64,000 nucleotides of DNA, taken from the IMG/VR virus record IMGVR_UViG_3300005663_000032. One strand, given 5' to 3'. The notes under the pieces were generated by a model. The model saw nothing but the letters and a program-made list of their open reading frames with translations, made no database searches and was not told the DNA's origin. Below, piece after piece: positions 42,560 through 55,208 of this stretch. Position 1 is the first letter of the stretch, and every line of letters starts with the position of its first letter. Source of the stretch: an uncultured virus (IMG/VR IMGVR_UViG_3300005663_000032). Taxonomy: Duplodnaviria > Heunggongvirae > Uroviricota > Caudoviricetes. Made by a program: the position numbers and the translations under genes.

Positions 42560-44374
42560 AATATTTCAGATGACACAAATAACAAAAATTAATTATAATA
42601 TATTAGAAGATGAAAATACAAAAATTTCCATTAAAGAAATAATTAAAATGTTAGGCGGACTTTGTAAGGTCTGTGATGGTCTGGTTATAAAATTTGCGAG
42701 GTCAGATCGAGGGCTATCTGCTTATGTGTGTGAAAGATATGACCAAGGGGCTAATAAAAAGGCCGATACTACCCACTATTGGGATTCAATGATGTATCGA
42801 CACACTGATGGCGATCTTATGTTTTTTCTGAGGAAATATAAAATAATAATAGAGGAATAAAATATTTCATGGTAGAACTAAAAGAAGTATACTTTTTTAT
42901 TAAAACTGCCGCCGTATTATCTACAATGCTCGAAGACCCATTAGATATTGATGAAACAAACGAAATTGTAGAATATACTAAATTTGTATTTGATTTACAT
43001 CATGGGAATCTAACCGATGCAGAGGCTAAGGTGCTGCAACAAAGATTCAACAAATATGAAATCAATCCAAAATAATATTTCTATGATCGAACAGAAATGC
43101 GATCTATCCAGTTGTGAAAAACAACTATCAATTGCGGAAAATGAAGAGGAATTTAATAAAGTAAAAGACCTGCCTGAATATCAGGATAAACTGCCACAAG
43201 GTAGTATAGCATTTTCTTACAAAACATTCTTCTTTTGTTCGCCAGAACACTCAGAAGAATATGCTAATTAGGCAATATTCCCCAATATTTCATGGATTTT
43301 TTAATCCTACAATTTATAGTAACTGTATTATGCATCATCGCAGTTTTTGTATTTGAATGGAAGCGAAAGCAATATGATGGAGAAAGTGAAGAAAATCATT
43401 GATCACATGGTTTATATGTACCAGATGGGACAAGTGAACCGAGAAGATTATGAAAACTATGAACACCTTGCACAAGGTTACAAAACTGGCATTGAAGATG
43501 CTGTGCAACAAATGGTGGATGAATACCCCGAATTGAAAGGATTTGGTGAGGAAGCATTGAGAGAATTAGAAGTTCTTGACAACTGTTTATGCCGCCCGCC
43601 TTATCATTACCTGAAGCTAAATAAAAGAGTGATATGTACCACTTGTTTTAGAAAAGACGGAAAATTAAAAACCATTCCAGTAATCGTTCAATCAGTAAAT
43701 TGTTTGTTACCAAACAAAAGATAATATTTCATGTATAAACACGATTTAACTCTGGCGCAACTAGAATTATTCGTCAGCTACATTTATGATGTTCGGGTTC
43801 GAGAAGATGTTAAGAAAAAATGGGTAGACCTTTTAAAATGGAGAAAGTAAAATGAAAATTAAAAATTTCCAACTTGACGGAAAAAATAAATCACGTTATA
43901 CAGGCGTTATCATTAAACATCCAAAAAATTGTTGTTGGGGATTAAGTTTTAAATCTATTGGATTACGGTTTAAAGATAAAACGAAATGGATTGCTTTAGT
44001 TATAAAAAACTGGTTAGATGATAATGCTTTTCGTAAAAATGAAAAATGTTTAAATATATGGCGATCAGAAATAGAAGATTATTATAAAAAATAAATATTT
44101 CATGGAAATACACGCCTGGGAAACGGATTTTGATGAATTATACAAAGAACTAAAAAAGTTTCTCAAGAAAGAAAGATTGTGGGTAATTCAAAAATGTTTA
44201 TGGTTGACAAATTCAACGATAATATCTGCAAAAAGAAAGAAAGACGTGGTTGATCACATCATGGGGCTCAACATCTTACCACCAACATTAAAAAAATGGA
44301 AAGAAATCAGTCTTAAATATAAACGATTAACATACAAGGAATCTATTACATTAGGGACTTCCTAACAATATTTC

Positions 44375-44950
44375 ATGGTAGAAATTACCAGTAAATTCGA
44401 TATAGAGGATTTCGATAATTATGTAAAGAATTTTGAAGCCCAAATTGAATTGATGAAAGAACGTGATACAAAGGCCGAACAATTGAAAAACCTCATCGCC
44501 AACCATATGCCTAAAAAAATAGATCAAGATAAATATGAAAAATTCTTTGAATTACCAGAAATACAAATTCGCATCTCAATGTATAGGGCTCCAGACCCAA
44601 CAGTGGTTGCACATCGCTATCACTACAAAATTAAATTCAAAAAACGATCTACTGCCGGCCAGAAGAAATATGAGGGTATTTATCCCGGGCTTAGAGTAGA
44701 GGCAAACGATGCACTGAGGCTAATTCTCAAAACAGACAAGGAACTGAAAAAGATAATAAATAAAATAGCTGAACAGGGAAAAACAATGAGAAAACTTGCA
44801 AATCAATTTAAAAACGAAACAATGCCAATAAAATATCTATTGGAAAAAGACGGAAAATTGATTTATATTCATGTAATCCCAAAAGTAAATAAATGGGAAT
44901 ATCCCAGAATAGATGCCAAAATCTTTCATCGTAAACTAAAAAACAAATAA
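44375..44950 (+). CDS. hypothetical protein
   Basis: motif-bounded, 191 aa. Confidence 0.75.
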   Translation: MVEITSKFDIEDFDNYVKNFEAQIELMKERDTKAEQLKNLIANHMPKKIDQDKYEKFFELPEIQIRISMYRAPDPTVVAHRYHYKIKFKKRSTAGQKKYEGIYPGLRVEANDALRLILKTDKELKKIINKIAEQGKTMRKLANQFKNETMPIKYLLEKDGKLIYIHVIPKVNKWEYPRIDAKIFHRKLKNK

Positions 44951-44956
44951 TATTTC

Positions 44957-45448
44957 ATGGCACAAGAAATCCCAATTACGGATGTCAAAGGAGTCGGCCC
45001 AAAAACTAGAAAACTTCTCAATGATGCAGGAATTACTACTGCAGGGCGGCTCATGATGCAATCAAAAGCTTCTCTTAAAAAATTAGGTCTTGGAAAAACC
45101 ACTGTGGACAAAATCGTAGAAAATGCGAAGACCATGTTGGTGGAGCGCAGCGGGCAGACGACCATCACTGATCCTGCACCAAACGAAGAAGACTATCGCT
45201 ACATGCTTGGAACAATAAAATCATTAGCAAACCATGTCGCTAAGAATGATTGTAAAGAATTGATTTATTGTCTCGAATGTGATTACTTTCATACTATTCC
45301 ACTCTATTTACAAGGTGTATATGCCAAAGGCAAATTACGGAAAGATATACAAGAAATCATTGAGAAAGAGGTGGCAGATGTCAAAAAGATATTCGAGGAA
45401 AATATTTATTTTATAAATATAACCAAAGAAGATCCGAACTCTAAATAA
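44957..45448 (+). CDS. tandem helix-hairpin-helix (RadA N-terminal-like) protein
   Basis: ITDVKGVGPKTRKLLNDAGI...LGLGKTTVDKI. Confidence 0.8.
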   Translation: MAQEIPITDVKGVGPKTRKLLNDAGITTAGRLMMQSKASLKKLGLGKTTVDKIVENAKTMLVERSGQTTITDPAPNEEDYRYMLGTIKSLANHVAKNDCKELIYCLECDYFHTIPLYLQGVYAKGKLRKDIQEIIEKEVADVKKIFEENIYFINITKEDPNSK

Positions 45449-46164
45449 TATTTCATGGAGGCATAATAAACATGTTTGGACATATAAATTACAAATTAAA
45501 ATATCTATTAAATTTTACAGGTGATACAAAATACACCACGGAATAGTATTTATTTTAACAAATAAACAGTTCAAAGAACTGTTTGAACAAAATCTCTTAG
45601 AAATACAAAATAATAAAGTTTTTGAAAACTTAGTTGAAGAATTAAAACGGATACCTTCAGCATTGGGCCGCCTTCTTGATGGCAAAATACTAGAAAAACG
45701 CTCTACCTTAGAATTTGATGAAGGGAGCGATGCATATATCTATCCGCCGCGATGGTGTCCTTTACTAAACAAAAATATAAATTCTATCAAAAACGCATTG
45801 GCGGATTATGGGTGGTCTGTTTTACAAATGAGAGATATCGATTTCAAAGAGATGTCTACCCAATTTCGATCACAACGGATTGAAGAAAAAACTGTTATTG
45901 GTGAGCGATTTGGGTCTAAGAACTTAGAAAAATACAAAGGCACAACTCGTCTTGAATCTATATTAGATGTCTGGGTACCCGAAGAAAACAAAATATGTTT
46001 TATCAACCCATCATATTTGGTAGGCAGAGATGGTAAATTAGTTAATATTTATAAAAAATACGCAACTGAAAAAGAAAGATATACTAGGTTTTATAATGAT
46101 TATATTAGAGATCTGGCAGAAACTGATTGGATTATAACTGCTGACTACAATGATTAATATTTCT

Positions 46165-46350
46165 ATGGATAAAATACATCGTGGTGACATAATGAATGAT
46201 ATATCAGATTCATTACTGGCCACACTCAATATTCATGAGGAGTCAGTTCATTGTAACGAGCATTGTATTACTGATGAAAAATTTATGAAGATGAAAGATA
46301 GTATATGGAATATTATAAAATCATACTTCAAAGAACAAGTTCATTCATAA
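46165..46350 (+). CDS. hypothetical protein, paralog of 63158-63340 (start corrected)
   Basis: MDKIHRGDIMNDISDSL. Confidence 0.8.
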   Translation: MDKIHRGDIMNDISDSLLATLNIHEESVHCNEHCITDEKFMKMKDSIWNIIKSYFKEQVHS

Positions 46351-46563
46351 TATTTCTATGGTAGATTTCTCGCCAGATCAAATAAAAACAATCTCTCTAA
46401 ACGGAGAAGAACATCAAGCAGAATTAGTTTCAGTAGGGACTTTTTTTTCAGAAAACACGATTAAGAAATGTTTACAAGACGGCCCTGTTTTGATATTAGA
46501 AGATACTATCGCATATTATGTTTATAAAATAAAATTGAAATAAAACAAGAAATAAATATTTCT

Positions 46564-47094
46564 ATGGTAGACTATAAATTACCCAAACTAGAAGATTTGT
46601 CTATTGAAGACATTAAATATGTAGGGACTGTATTGAAAACATTCTCTGCAGACGATCTAAACCATCTGGTGATGCATGGCTGCCCAGAAGAATGTAGGCG
46701 ATGTGAGGTATCGGCAAAACAAATGCCTCGTTTCGAAGGCTTCATGATGGATATGACAAACCCTATCTGGACAGAAGTTTTACAACTTGCCTACGAACTG
46801 GAAACGGAATCTGCATACAGAACAGTTGAAGATCGCAAGGGCCAATGGGAAAAACTTACCAGAAATATAAAGTTTGAAACTGCTGAAATAAAAGAATTTG
46901 ATTGGTTTCTGCATGGTGGAAAGGGATACGAACACCTTGAATCTATTACAAAACAAGGAATACCTGACAAAACTGCCAAAAGATTACTTGATGATCGATT
47001 TGATTATGAAGTAAAACTACGATACAATTCAAATGGTAAATTAGTTGGTGCCGAGGGGTATTATCTCTCTGATAAGTCGTATCAACCAAATTAA
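46564..47094 (+). CDS. hypothetical protein
   Basis: motif-bounded, 176 aa. Confidence 0.75.
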   Translation: MVDYKLPKLEDLSIEDIKYVGTVLKTFSADDLNHLVMHGCPEECRRCEVSAKQMPRFEGFMMDMTNPIWTEVLQLAYELETESAYRTVEDRKGQWEKLTRNIKFETAEIKEFDWFLHGGKGYEHLESITKQGIPDKTAKRLLDDRFDYEVKLRYNSNGKLVGAEGYYLSDKSYQPN

Positions 47095-49712
47095 TATTTC
47101 ATGGCTGAAACAATGCCTCGAAGACGAACTATAACTAAACTATCTATAATGATGTGTTTTGTACTTGGTATCACCATTTATCAAAGCGGCTGGTATTATA
47201 CTTTAAAATTCTTCATTATTGCTTTGTTATTCTCAACAATAATTGTTATATTATTGGATCGATTAGTGAAAAAAATAGCTGAAGACATTTTCAGCCCGAC
47301 AACATTTGATGATTACATGTGGGCAATCCCACAAATTACGGATACGATCACAGAGATAGATAATGATGAGGATTAAAATTTCATGGGATTAATAGAAAAA
47401 ATCTTAGCCGCAACATTCAATTACACTGAAACAATAGACGATGGGGAATTTGAAGGATCGAGAAACGAAAAGGAAGTCATCGACATGCCCTCATTGGAGG
47501 CATTGCTTAAGGCAACAATTCCACTCGAACTTCAATAATATTTCATGGTTATATCAATGTATGAGATTCAAATGACTCTTAACCATAAAGAAACATCAAA
47601 AATAGACTGGGTGAATTTTAAACTACATCCTAAAAAAGGATGTAACACCGATAAACTATTTGAAGATTGTGAGAATTGCAATCCCACAATAATAAAGAAA
47701 AATCTAAAAAAATAATATTTCGTATGGCTGAAAACGTTGCAGTATTCATAAACATGAGTTACAAATTAACAGATGCTGAGTTAGAAAAACTATATCAAGA
47801 AATCAAAACTTATGCAAAAACCCAATCAATTAATGTTAAAATTCGTTTAAAAATTGGTCGGAGACTTGGTTTTGGTGCGCAGGGGACAAAACAAAACATG
47901 AAAATTTTTGTTAGTTCGTTGAACGCCGAACATGGGCAAAAAATTGAATCGATCAGTAATGATCCAAAAGCCTTTCTTATTAATAAATAATAATATTTCG
48001 CATGAACACAGATCCTACTATTTTAGGAACCTCATGGGGTGATGGCCAAGGAAAAGACATTACGCAAATGTTGGATGAAGAGGGTTGGCAAACATTGCTA
48101 ATAGATATGAAAACCCAAATCATTGGTAACGACGATTATTTACTTCAATTAGCGGGGGCAATACTATATGACTCTCATGGTTGGCAATTTTGCGGCCCCA
48201 ACCACGACACGCCGATTTTTGAGGAAATTCCTGCATTAAAACAAATGGTGCTTGCAGCGATAAAACGATCGTTAACTCAACCCGTTTTAGATAAATGGAT
48301 ACGTCCAGATATGAGAATTTTTTTCGTAGAAGATTTACTTGAAAAATGGACGGGATATGATGAGAATAACCCCAAAATGATCTTACTAAAAAAATTAGAA
48401 GATTTTTAATATTTCGCATGGATGCAACAATAATGGATATGCATAATAAATCAAATCTTGAAAGAATTGCTAGCGCAACAGAAAAAATTGCTGAGCTTCT
48501 CGAACCAAAGAAGAGTGAAGAATTAGTCATAATCACGGCTTTACGTCACTACTATTCAAGTTTGATGTTCGAGTTAAAAAAGGCTGACAAGAATGATAAT
48601 AACCAGGCCCAGATAAAATCAATCATCGGTTTTGCAAGAGAGGTTGAGAAAAAATATGGCGAATGTGTTAGTGGCACAGAATATGAAGCGATGCCTATAT
48701 ACCTCAAAATGACTCCAACGATAGAAAAATATCTATCTGGTATATTTGACTGAAATATTTCTTGACAGATAAAAAATACAAAATTACTTTGTCAGAAACA
48801 ACAAATAGAAAATCTCAATTTCTTCAAATTATAGCTGACGATCAATTCAGCGTAAATATAACACTAATTGGTGAATTTGAGATTGAGGATTCAAGGGCCA
48901 AACAAATAGCCGAACCAGAAATTTGCCCATATTGCAATACTCCCTATAGGACTGTTAAAGAATGTTCACAGGCCTGTTCGAGATAATATTTCATGAAAAA
49001 ACTATTCTATGCCCTGTTTATGCATTATAACACAGGAACCGGTCCCGGTGGCAATGGCTTAACTTTTCATTCCGATATGCTCGATGTAAAGAAAGAAATA
49101 CTACACGTAATCGAGATTATTCACGAGCCTTTGATATTCACCGATACACAGCTAATGCGTGACATAAACGCAATACATTTACTGAATGGCGATGATGGTG
49201 AACGTTTCACAATATATGATGGTTCATGGGGTATAATATTCACAAAATCGACTTATGAAGTGCCCGACTAATATTTCATGCTAATAATAAAACCGCTAAC
49301 TCTAATAAAACCCAATAAAAAAAATTGGACGCTATGTTATTATAAATTAAAAAATGGTTATATACGAATGACAAATTCAGATGTTTATTGGAGTGATGGG
49401 ATCGGAATATCTACAAAAGATGATATTTTCACAGAACTACCAGATTTCTCATTCAATGATGATTTAAGACATGGATGTGACAATTTTGTTTTTTTTGCTG
49501 CACTAACAATGGAGACAACATACACATGGATTGACACATACGGGAATAAATTCAGCATCATGCCAAGCGAAACAAAAAACATATTGCGATTTCTCTTAGA
49601 GGGAAAATTAAAATTAACGTTTGTTGGGACTAGAGGATATATCGAAGCTGATTGGACTCTGACCAAGAAAAACAAAGAATTATCGATAAAACCATATTTT
49701 AAATAATATTTC

Positions 49713-49754
49713 CTGAAACAAATGAAACAAAAACTGAAACAAGTGAAACAAAAA
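49713..49754 (+). repeat. 2 x 21-bp repeat containing four TGAAACA boxes
   Basis: CTGAAACAA(A/G)TGAAACAAAAA x2, upstream of a TTTTAAA TATA box and an HTH gene. Confidence 0.8.
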
Positions 49755-49795
49755 TAAAAACATAACATTTTAAACACCGTTACTATATTTAACCT

Positions 49796-50200
49796 ATGAA
49801 TAAAGATGAGATTGATTTTAAACTAATTCATAAACAACGCAAAACTAAAAAAATGAAACAGATATGTGCGGAACAAGGATATCCATATGATAAAACCCGT
49901 TCATGGTATTCAAGGTGGAAAAAAGAAAGGAAACCAACTAAAAAAACCAAGAAAACTGAAACGCATTCAGGTGTTTCAAATAATATTGCGAAACAGAAAA
50001 AAGAACAAAACCCTGACCAGATACCAACATATAATGAACTGTTTCAGTTTTTTCAAAATAGTAAAAATCATGTCGATCGGGAATATTGGCTAAAACCAAT
50101 TAAAAGAGGTAATAAAGAAGTGCCTCAGATATTTGTAAACAAAGAACTAATTAAAAAAGTGCTCGATGCAATAAGAGACATTCAAAGAACCAAAAAATAA
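49796..50200 (+). CDS. HTH-containing basic protein
   Basis: MKQICAEQGYPYDKTRSWYSRWKK HTH-like segment. Confidence 0.55.
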   Translation: MNKDEIDFKLIHKQRKTKKMKQICAEQGYPYDKTRSWYSRWKKERKPTKKTKKTETHSGVSNNIAKQKKEQNPDQIPTYNELFQFFQNSKNHVDREYWLKPIKRGNKEVPQIFVNKELIKKVLDAIRDIQRTKK

Positions 50201-50991
50201 TATTTCATGGCTGAAAAACTTCAGTATCTAGAGTTCTACAAAGAACTTGCTGATTTATTGGATAAATATAGACCAATAAAAGATCAGATTGATTACCGTC
50301 GAGAAGATGAGGATTGGATGCAATTAAGGCTCCCCTATTCATTTATGCTTGGAGATAAAGATTATAGCTATGAGTTATATCTTTACAAATGTTCTAATTC
50401 TGATTGTGGGTCTCAGGACTTTACAAATGAGCCACAAGATAACATCATATGTGAATTCTGCAATAAGGGCACAATGGAAAAAGTGGAACTCACACACCAT
50501 AACGACTGGCTAAAATATTCAAAATAATATTTCATGGGTAAACTAAAAGCGGCAGATATATCGCTTAGTAATACGGCTCAAGACATATTGGAATCATATG
50601 CTCAATTTGAAAAAGAGTTTCCAGAAATGCTTACATTAGAACAATTTCTTGTTAATCTGACTTCAAAAGCATTAAACAAGAGGACTGGATGAAGAAATGA
50701 AATGCGAGAATAGACACGATCAATTAAACAATATTCTCCCTGCTAAATGTCTGGCTGGGGAACAAAAGCGAATTGTAACTGTGGATTATGGTTATGAGAA
50801 AGATGAACTCAAACTATGTGTTAAGTGTGCGGGGGCGGTCAAGAGAGACGCTGAGAAACATGGTTACACTGTGACGGTAGCTGAACTAAAAAAAGAAGCC
50901 AGATATGATGTGACAAACCAAGGCGACTATTATGATCGGATGGATTCTATTCGCCGAGAGGATGCGTTTGATGAATAAAATATAATATTTC

Positions 50992-51585
50992 ATGGAGAAC
51001 ATAACTCTATTAACTCCTGAACCATTGATAGATAATGGTGCAGAAAAGGAATTAAAAAAACGCCAAATAAAAGCAACTATAAACGGTGCAATAATTGGGC
51101 ACTCTTTTTTAATAATTGTGGCTTTGATATCTTATATTAACAATCCCACTGATTATAACTGGGACGGGGTAATTGTATTTTATCTCATGGTTACTATTGC
51201 TTCTATATTTGTTGGTACAGTAATATTTTCTGAAGTAGAAAATAATTGGAAGCGTGAAGGTAATAGGCGATTCAAATATATCAAATATGAACGAAAAAAC
51301 GATGAAAAAACTGCATATCACCTATTCGCTAAGTTTCTAACATATGTCTATAATGGGTTTTCAACTTTCGACATATTGTGTAGTGATGAACAGGATTGGG
51401 AGGATGCATTACTCTTCTCAGATCTGACAATTCCTAAACTGAATCCTTACATAAATAAAAAACATTTGTTTGACATGGCCGGATTGGCTATGAATGACAT
51501 ATCTCAGGGCTTGACTATGATAAAGGAACATGGAAAAATAACTGAAGTAGAAAATTATAAAAAATTATTGAAATTAAGGGTTTAA
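50992..51585 (+). CDS. membrane protein
   Basis: two TM segments. Confidence 0.75.
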   Translation: MENITLLTPEPLIDNGAEKELKKRQIKATINGAIIGHSFLIIVALISYINNPTDYNWDGVIVFYLMVTIASIFVGTVIFSEVENNWKREGNRRFKYIKYERKNDEKTAYHLFAKFLTYVYNGFSTFDILCSDEQDWEDALLFSDLTIPKLNPYINKKHLFDMAGLAMNDISQGLTMIKEHGKITEVENYKKLLKLRV

Positions 51586-52764
51586 TATTTCATGAACGAC
51601 AACGAACTAAGAGTGGGGATAGTGGTGGAAAGAAAGGTTTCGCTCTGGTCCGGCGAAAGTAAAAAAAATTAAAGATACATATCTCACATCTTATACTCCG
51701 GGTATCGTGAAGCTGAAAAAGATGATGAGATGTTAGTAATCGTTTGTCAATATTGGTGTCATCAAACTGAAAAATCTACTCCGACATCTTTTTTAACCGC
51801 AATTATAAAGGCAAAAGTAGATTTAATATAATATTTCTATGGGCTAAAACCTGATAAAATCGAAGACAATAGCTCCAATAATAGAGGAATTATAAAATGA
51901 AATGCAGAAATACGAATAATGAAACCACAATCGAGGCGATGCGAACATATACTAATGTATTTGCGAGTATAGATGATTTGGATATTAATTTTATCAATGA
52001 AAATTTAGATGAAATGAATATTGACAATAGAGCCATAACATACGAATGTTTAGAATGTAATGCACAGTCTACAAGCATTAAATGGGCTAGAGAACACGTA
52101 AAGCCCAAGATTTAATATTTCATGTTTGTTATTAAAATATTGAAAACAATAACAACACGAAACCCGGAACAGGGTGATTGGAGCGGGGCGACACATGATC
52201 AAGGAATTCATACCGTTATTCAACCTACTAGATCCGCGATGATACAATGGTTATCTGCAACCTATCCTCTTCTGGAAAAAATAGAGGGAGAGTCGAATAG
52301 ATGGCATTTTGATCAAGTCGAAGACGAGGATAGTATAAAAACCCCAACAGGAAAATACCTTTGTGACTATGATATTTACCTATACGAAACATCTGAATAT
52401 TCTGGTGATTTGAATGAACCAATTAAAGCTTTATTAAAAAAATATCAAGATAAAGGCAGTAAGTACACAATGGACGCTTCAAGGGGCCTATTAGCCGAAA
52501 TAATAGGCGACCTAAACAAATTATAATATTTCATGGGACATGTAAAAAATGGCCTGTCAACAATGATGCATTCATTGTTTTTTGTATTATATAGTTCCTT
52601 ATGGATATATATTGCAGAGAGATATATTCTTGAATATTATCTGACAACCGAGTCAAAATGGATGGAACTTTTCATTCTTGCAATTGGTTGGATTATTTTT
52701 GCCATAGGGCATTCTGAATTGGCAGACGCCAGTATAGCGGAGGCACTGGCAGACTAATATTTCT

Positions 52765-53109
52765 ATGGGACTAAGACCAAAACCTGTAGCAATGCATAAA
52801 GGCAAACTGCATTGGATTGACCACGATGAAGTGACACTAACCTCATTTTTATGGAACTTTCCAGCTAACGTTGGAAAAGAGACCCCTGCTCTAACCATAG
52901 TGGCAGAAATAGAAACCCTGCATTCATGTGCATTTCCGGGGTTCTTCAAACCATCAATTCAGGAAGTGTGGAATCAGATTCCAGAACTCTTCAAGGATAT
53001 TGATTTACATGCATTTGAAACAAATTTAATTTCAAACGATTTAAATGAATGTTTAACTGAAGATCAATCGAGCCATATTGCAAGAACAAGATTTTACAAG
53101 GTGAAATAA
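52765..53109 (+). CDS. hypothetical protein
   Basis: GFFKPSIQEVWNQIP; follows the motif. Confidence 0.7.
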   Translation: MGLRPKPVAMHKGKLHWIDHDEVTLTSFLWNFPANVGKETPALTIVAEIETLHSCAFPGFFKPSIQEVWNQIPELFKDIDLHAFETNLISNDLNECLTEDQSSHIARTRFYKVK

Positions 53110-53255
53110 TGAAAGCACGTTTTATGATACAAAGCGATGAGGGATTTACACAAATCATCATATATATCACTGACAGACAATATGAGTGGCTGAAGGACAA
53201 ATTGACAAAGAAAAAACCAATTGAAATAACTGAAGTCGAAAAAATATAATATTTC

Positions 53256-53597
53256 ATGGATGAAATAAACACCATTATTAACGCAATTTCTGTCAAATGT
53301 GGATTAACTCCACAGCATAGTGAAACTCTTTCAAAATGGGTTCCTATTGGTCTAGAACTATATGGGCTGAAAACAACTCCAATAAACATTGGTTGTATAT
53401 ATTATATGGTAACACACGATTTGATTGACGATAGACTATATAGTCACAAAGGTAGACAATATAGGACGGTTACACAACAAAAAATTGCGAAAGCAGTAGG
53501 CTGTACTATTCAAACAATAAACACAAACTACAAAAAAATACTACATTCTAAACCCGATTCAGTATGGCTTGAGTATAAAACCCGAATGAATCTATAA
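53256..53597 (+). CDS. TFIIB/TFB C-terminal cyclin-repeat/HTH-like protein (truncated TFB)
   Basis: PINIGCIYY and TQQKIAKAVGCTIQTINTNYKKIL match the TFB second repeat (TQ..IA..AG.T..TI...YK.L). Confidence 0.7.
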   Translation: MDEINTIINAISVKCGLTPQHSETLSKWVPIGLELYGLKTTPINIGCIYYMVTHDLIDDRLYSHKGRQYRTVTQQKIAKAVGCTIQTINTNYKKILHSKPDSVWLEYKTRMNL

Positions 53598-53858
53598 TAT
53601 TTCATGGGTACACCACCTATAGAAGAAATTCAATTAAAAGTTCAACGCGAAGCATGCCAGGCTTGGTTTGAAGATATCGAAGAACTATTGTTTTGCTCAA
53701 ACGGAGCGGAATGTGATGGCAATCACAAAACAACTCATGAAAATATGCGATGGACTTACCCCGGTGCAGCTGAGGGAGAAGAAGAATATGAGCACACCAT
53801 CACAGTGGAATTGAGTTGGAAAATCACAGTCACAAAGAGCGAAAAAATATAATATTTC

Positions 53859-54248
53859 ATGCCTGAACAGAAAAGATTGTGGATTGCAGGATCAAGTAAG
53901 GATTTTAACCTAGATGAAAAAACTATCAAGGCATTGATTTTACATTACATGATAATAAATATGGATTTAAGAGGTAATTCTATTGTTGGTCATGGTGCGG
54001 CAAAAGGTGTTGATACACTGGTAGATGAAGTTGCCACAGAATTGCAAACAGTTCCGATTCATAGACTTCCTGCGGAATGGGTAAAAGATGGAAAATATCG
54101 CAACTATGCCGGAATGTTAAGAAACACAGAAGGTGTGGATTGGTCTACAGGGGTAATAGTATTCTGGAACGGAGTCTCTCCTGGGACTGCAGATGTTATC
54201 AAAAAAGCAAGGAAAGCAGGAAAACTCCTTGAAATCATAAAAATATAA
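53859..54248 (+). CDS. SLOG/YspA-like (DUF2493-type) protein
   Basis: IAGSS, HGAAKGVD, PAEW...AGMLRN, FWNGVSPGT. Confidence 0.8.
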   Translation: MPEQKRLWIAGSSKDFNLDEKTIKALILHYMIINMDLRGNSIVGHGAAKGVDTLVDEVATELQTVPIHRLPAEWVKDGKYRNYAGMLRNTEGVDWSTGVIVFWNGVSPGTADVIKKARKAGKLLEIIKI

Positions 54249-54254
54249 TATTTC

Positions 54255-54827
54255 ATGGTTCAAAAAACCAAACTTGTTTTATTCATAATCTTTTTATTAA
54301 TATTACCTGTTAATGGACAAAACATACCAACAATTCATGAATTTGATTTCAAAGGATTGAATAATAAAGGAAACGAATGGATAAAATACAGATTATGCTT
54401 TGAATATTCTATTTTTGAGAGCACGACAAAAATAAGTGTCAATTTCACGACTGACTATCCACTGGCCTCGATACATGCGGATGTAACGGGTTTTAATGAC
54501 GGTACAACAACAAAGCAAGAAGGCCTGCTATTCAAACAGGACGAATTAAACGTTTGGTTCTTCCCTAGAAACACTACCGCATTTTTCTACGAAATGGATT
54601 TTTTTTATGAACGCCATCCAGGTAGTGCATATGATGGTTATAACAAAGAATATCCAATCGGTGCTCATAAAACTATCACGGAATCAGTGATTCTCAATCG
54701 TACATGTAATTGGTCTGTATTGGATAAAAACAAACTGTTTACTGTGGGGGCTGCGTCATATCCTCTTTCATTTGGATTGCTGGCTATCGGCCTCCTACTT
54801 CTCACTAAAAAATATTTCAATGTGTAG
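54255..54827 (+). CDS. secreted protein with C-terminal membrane anchor
   Basis: signal peptide; C-terminal hydrophobic helix followed by KK. Confidence 0.7.
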   Translation: MVQKTKLVLFIIFLLILPVNGQNIPTIHEFDFKGLNNKGNEWIKYRLCFEYSIFESTTKISVNFTTDYPLASIHADVTGFNDGTTTKQEGLLFKQDELNVWFFPRNTTAFFYEMDFFYERHPGSAYDGYNKEYPIGAHKTITESVILNRTCNWSVLDKNKLFTVGAASYPLSFGLLAIGLLLLTKKYFNV

Positions 54828-54841
54828 AAGAATAATATTTC

Positions 54842-55063
54842 ATGTTTTTCAAAAAAGAAAACATCGATTCTATGTATTCGCTATTAATACTATTTTTGGT
54901 ATTTCTATTAATACTTAGATATTTTGGAATTTTCATGGCTCTCACTACAATTTTAATTTGGGTATGGGTTGGCCTTCTGGTGATTATATTTGCATATGAT
55001 GTCAAAAGCGGACATTTCGCCGAAGAGATTAAGAAGAAAAAAAATAAACAAACACCTCGCTGA
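54842..55063 (+). CDS. membrane protein, paralog of 62534-62782
   Basis: MFFKKENIDS...VKSGHFAE. Confidence 0.8.
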   Translation: MFFKKENIDSMYSLLILFLVFLLILRYFGIFMALTTILIWVWVGLLVIIFAYDVKSGHFAEEIKKKKNKQTPR

Positions 55064-55208
55064 ACGAAGTGTTAATTAATATTTCATGCTCGAAGACGAA
55101 GAAAAAGAAGAAATTCACCCAGTTACAATGGCTGCAATTGTGCTCGGTCTTGCATGGGCGTTGGTGTTTATAGCACTTGGCATTACATATCGGTACGCTT
55201 AATATTTC

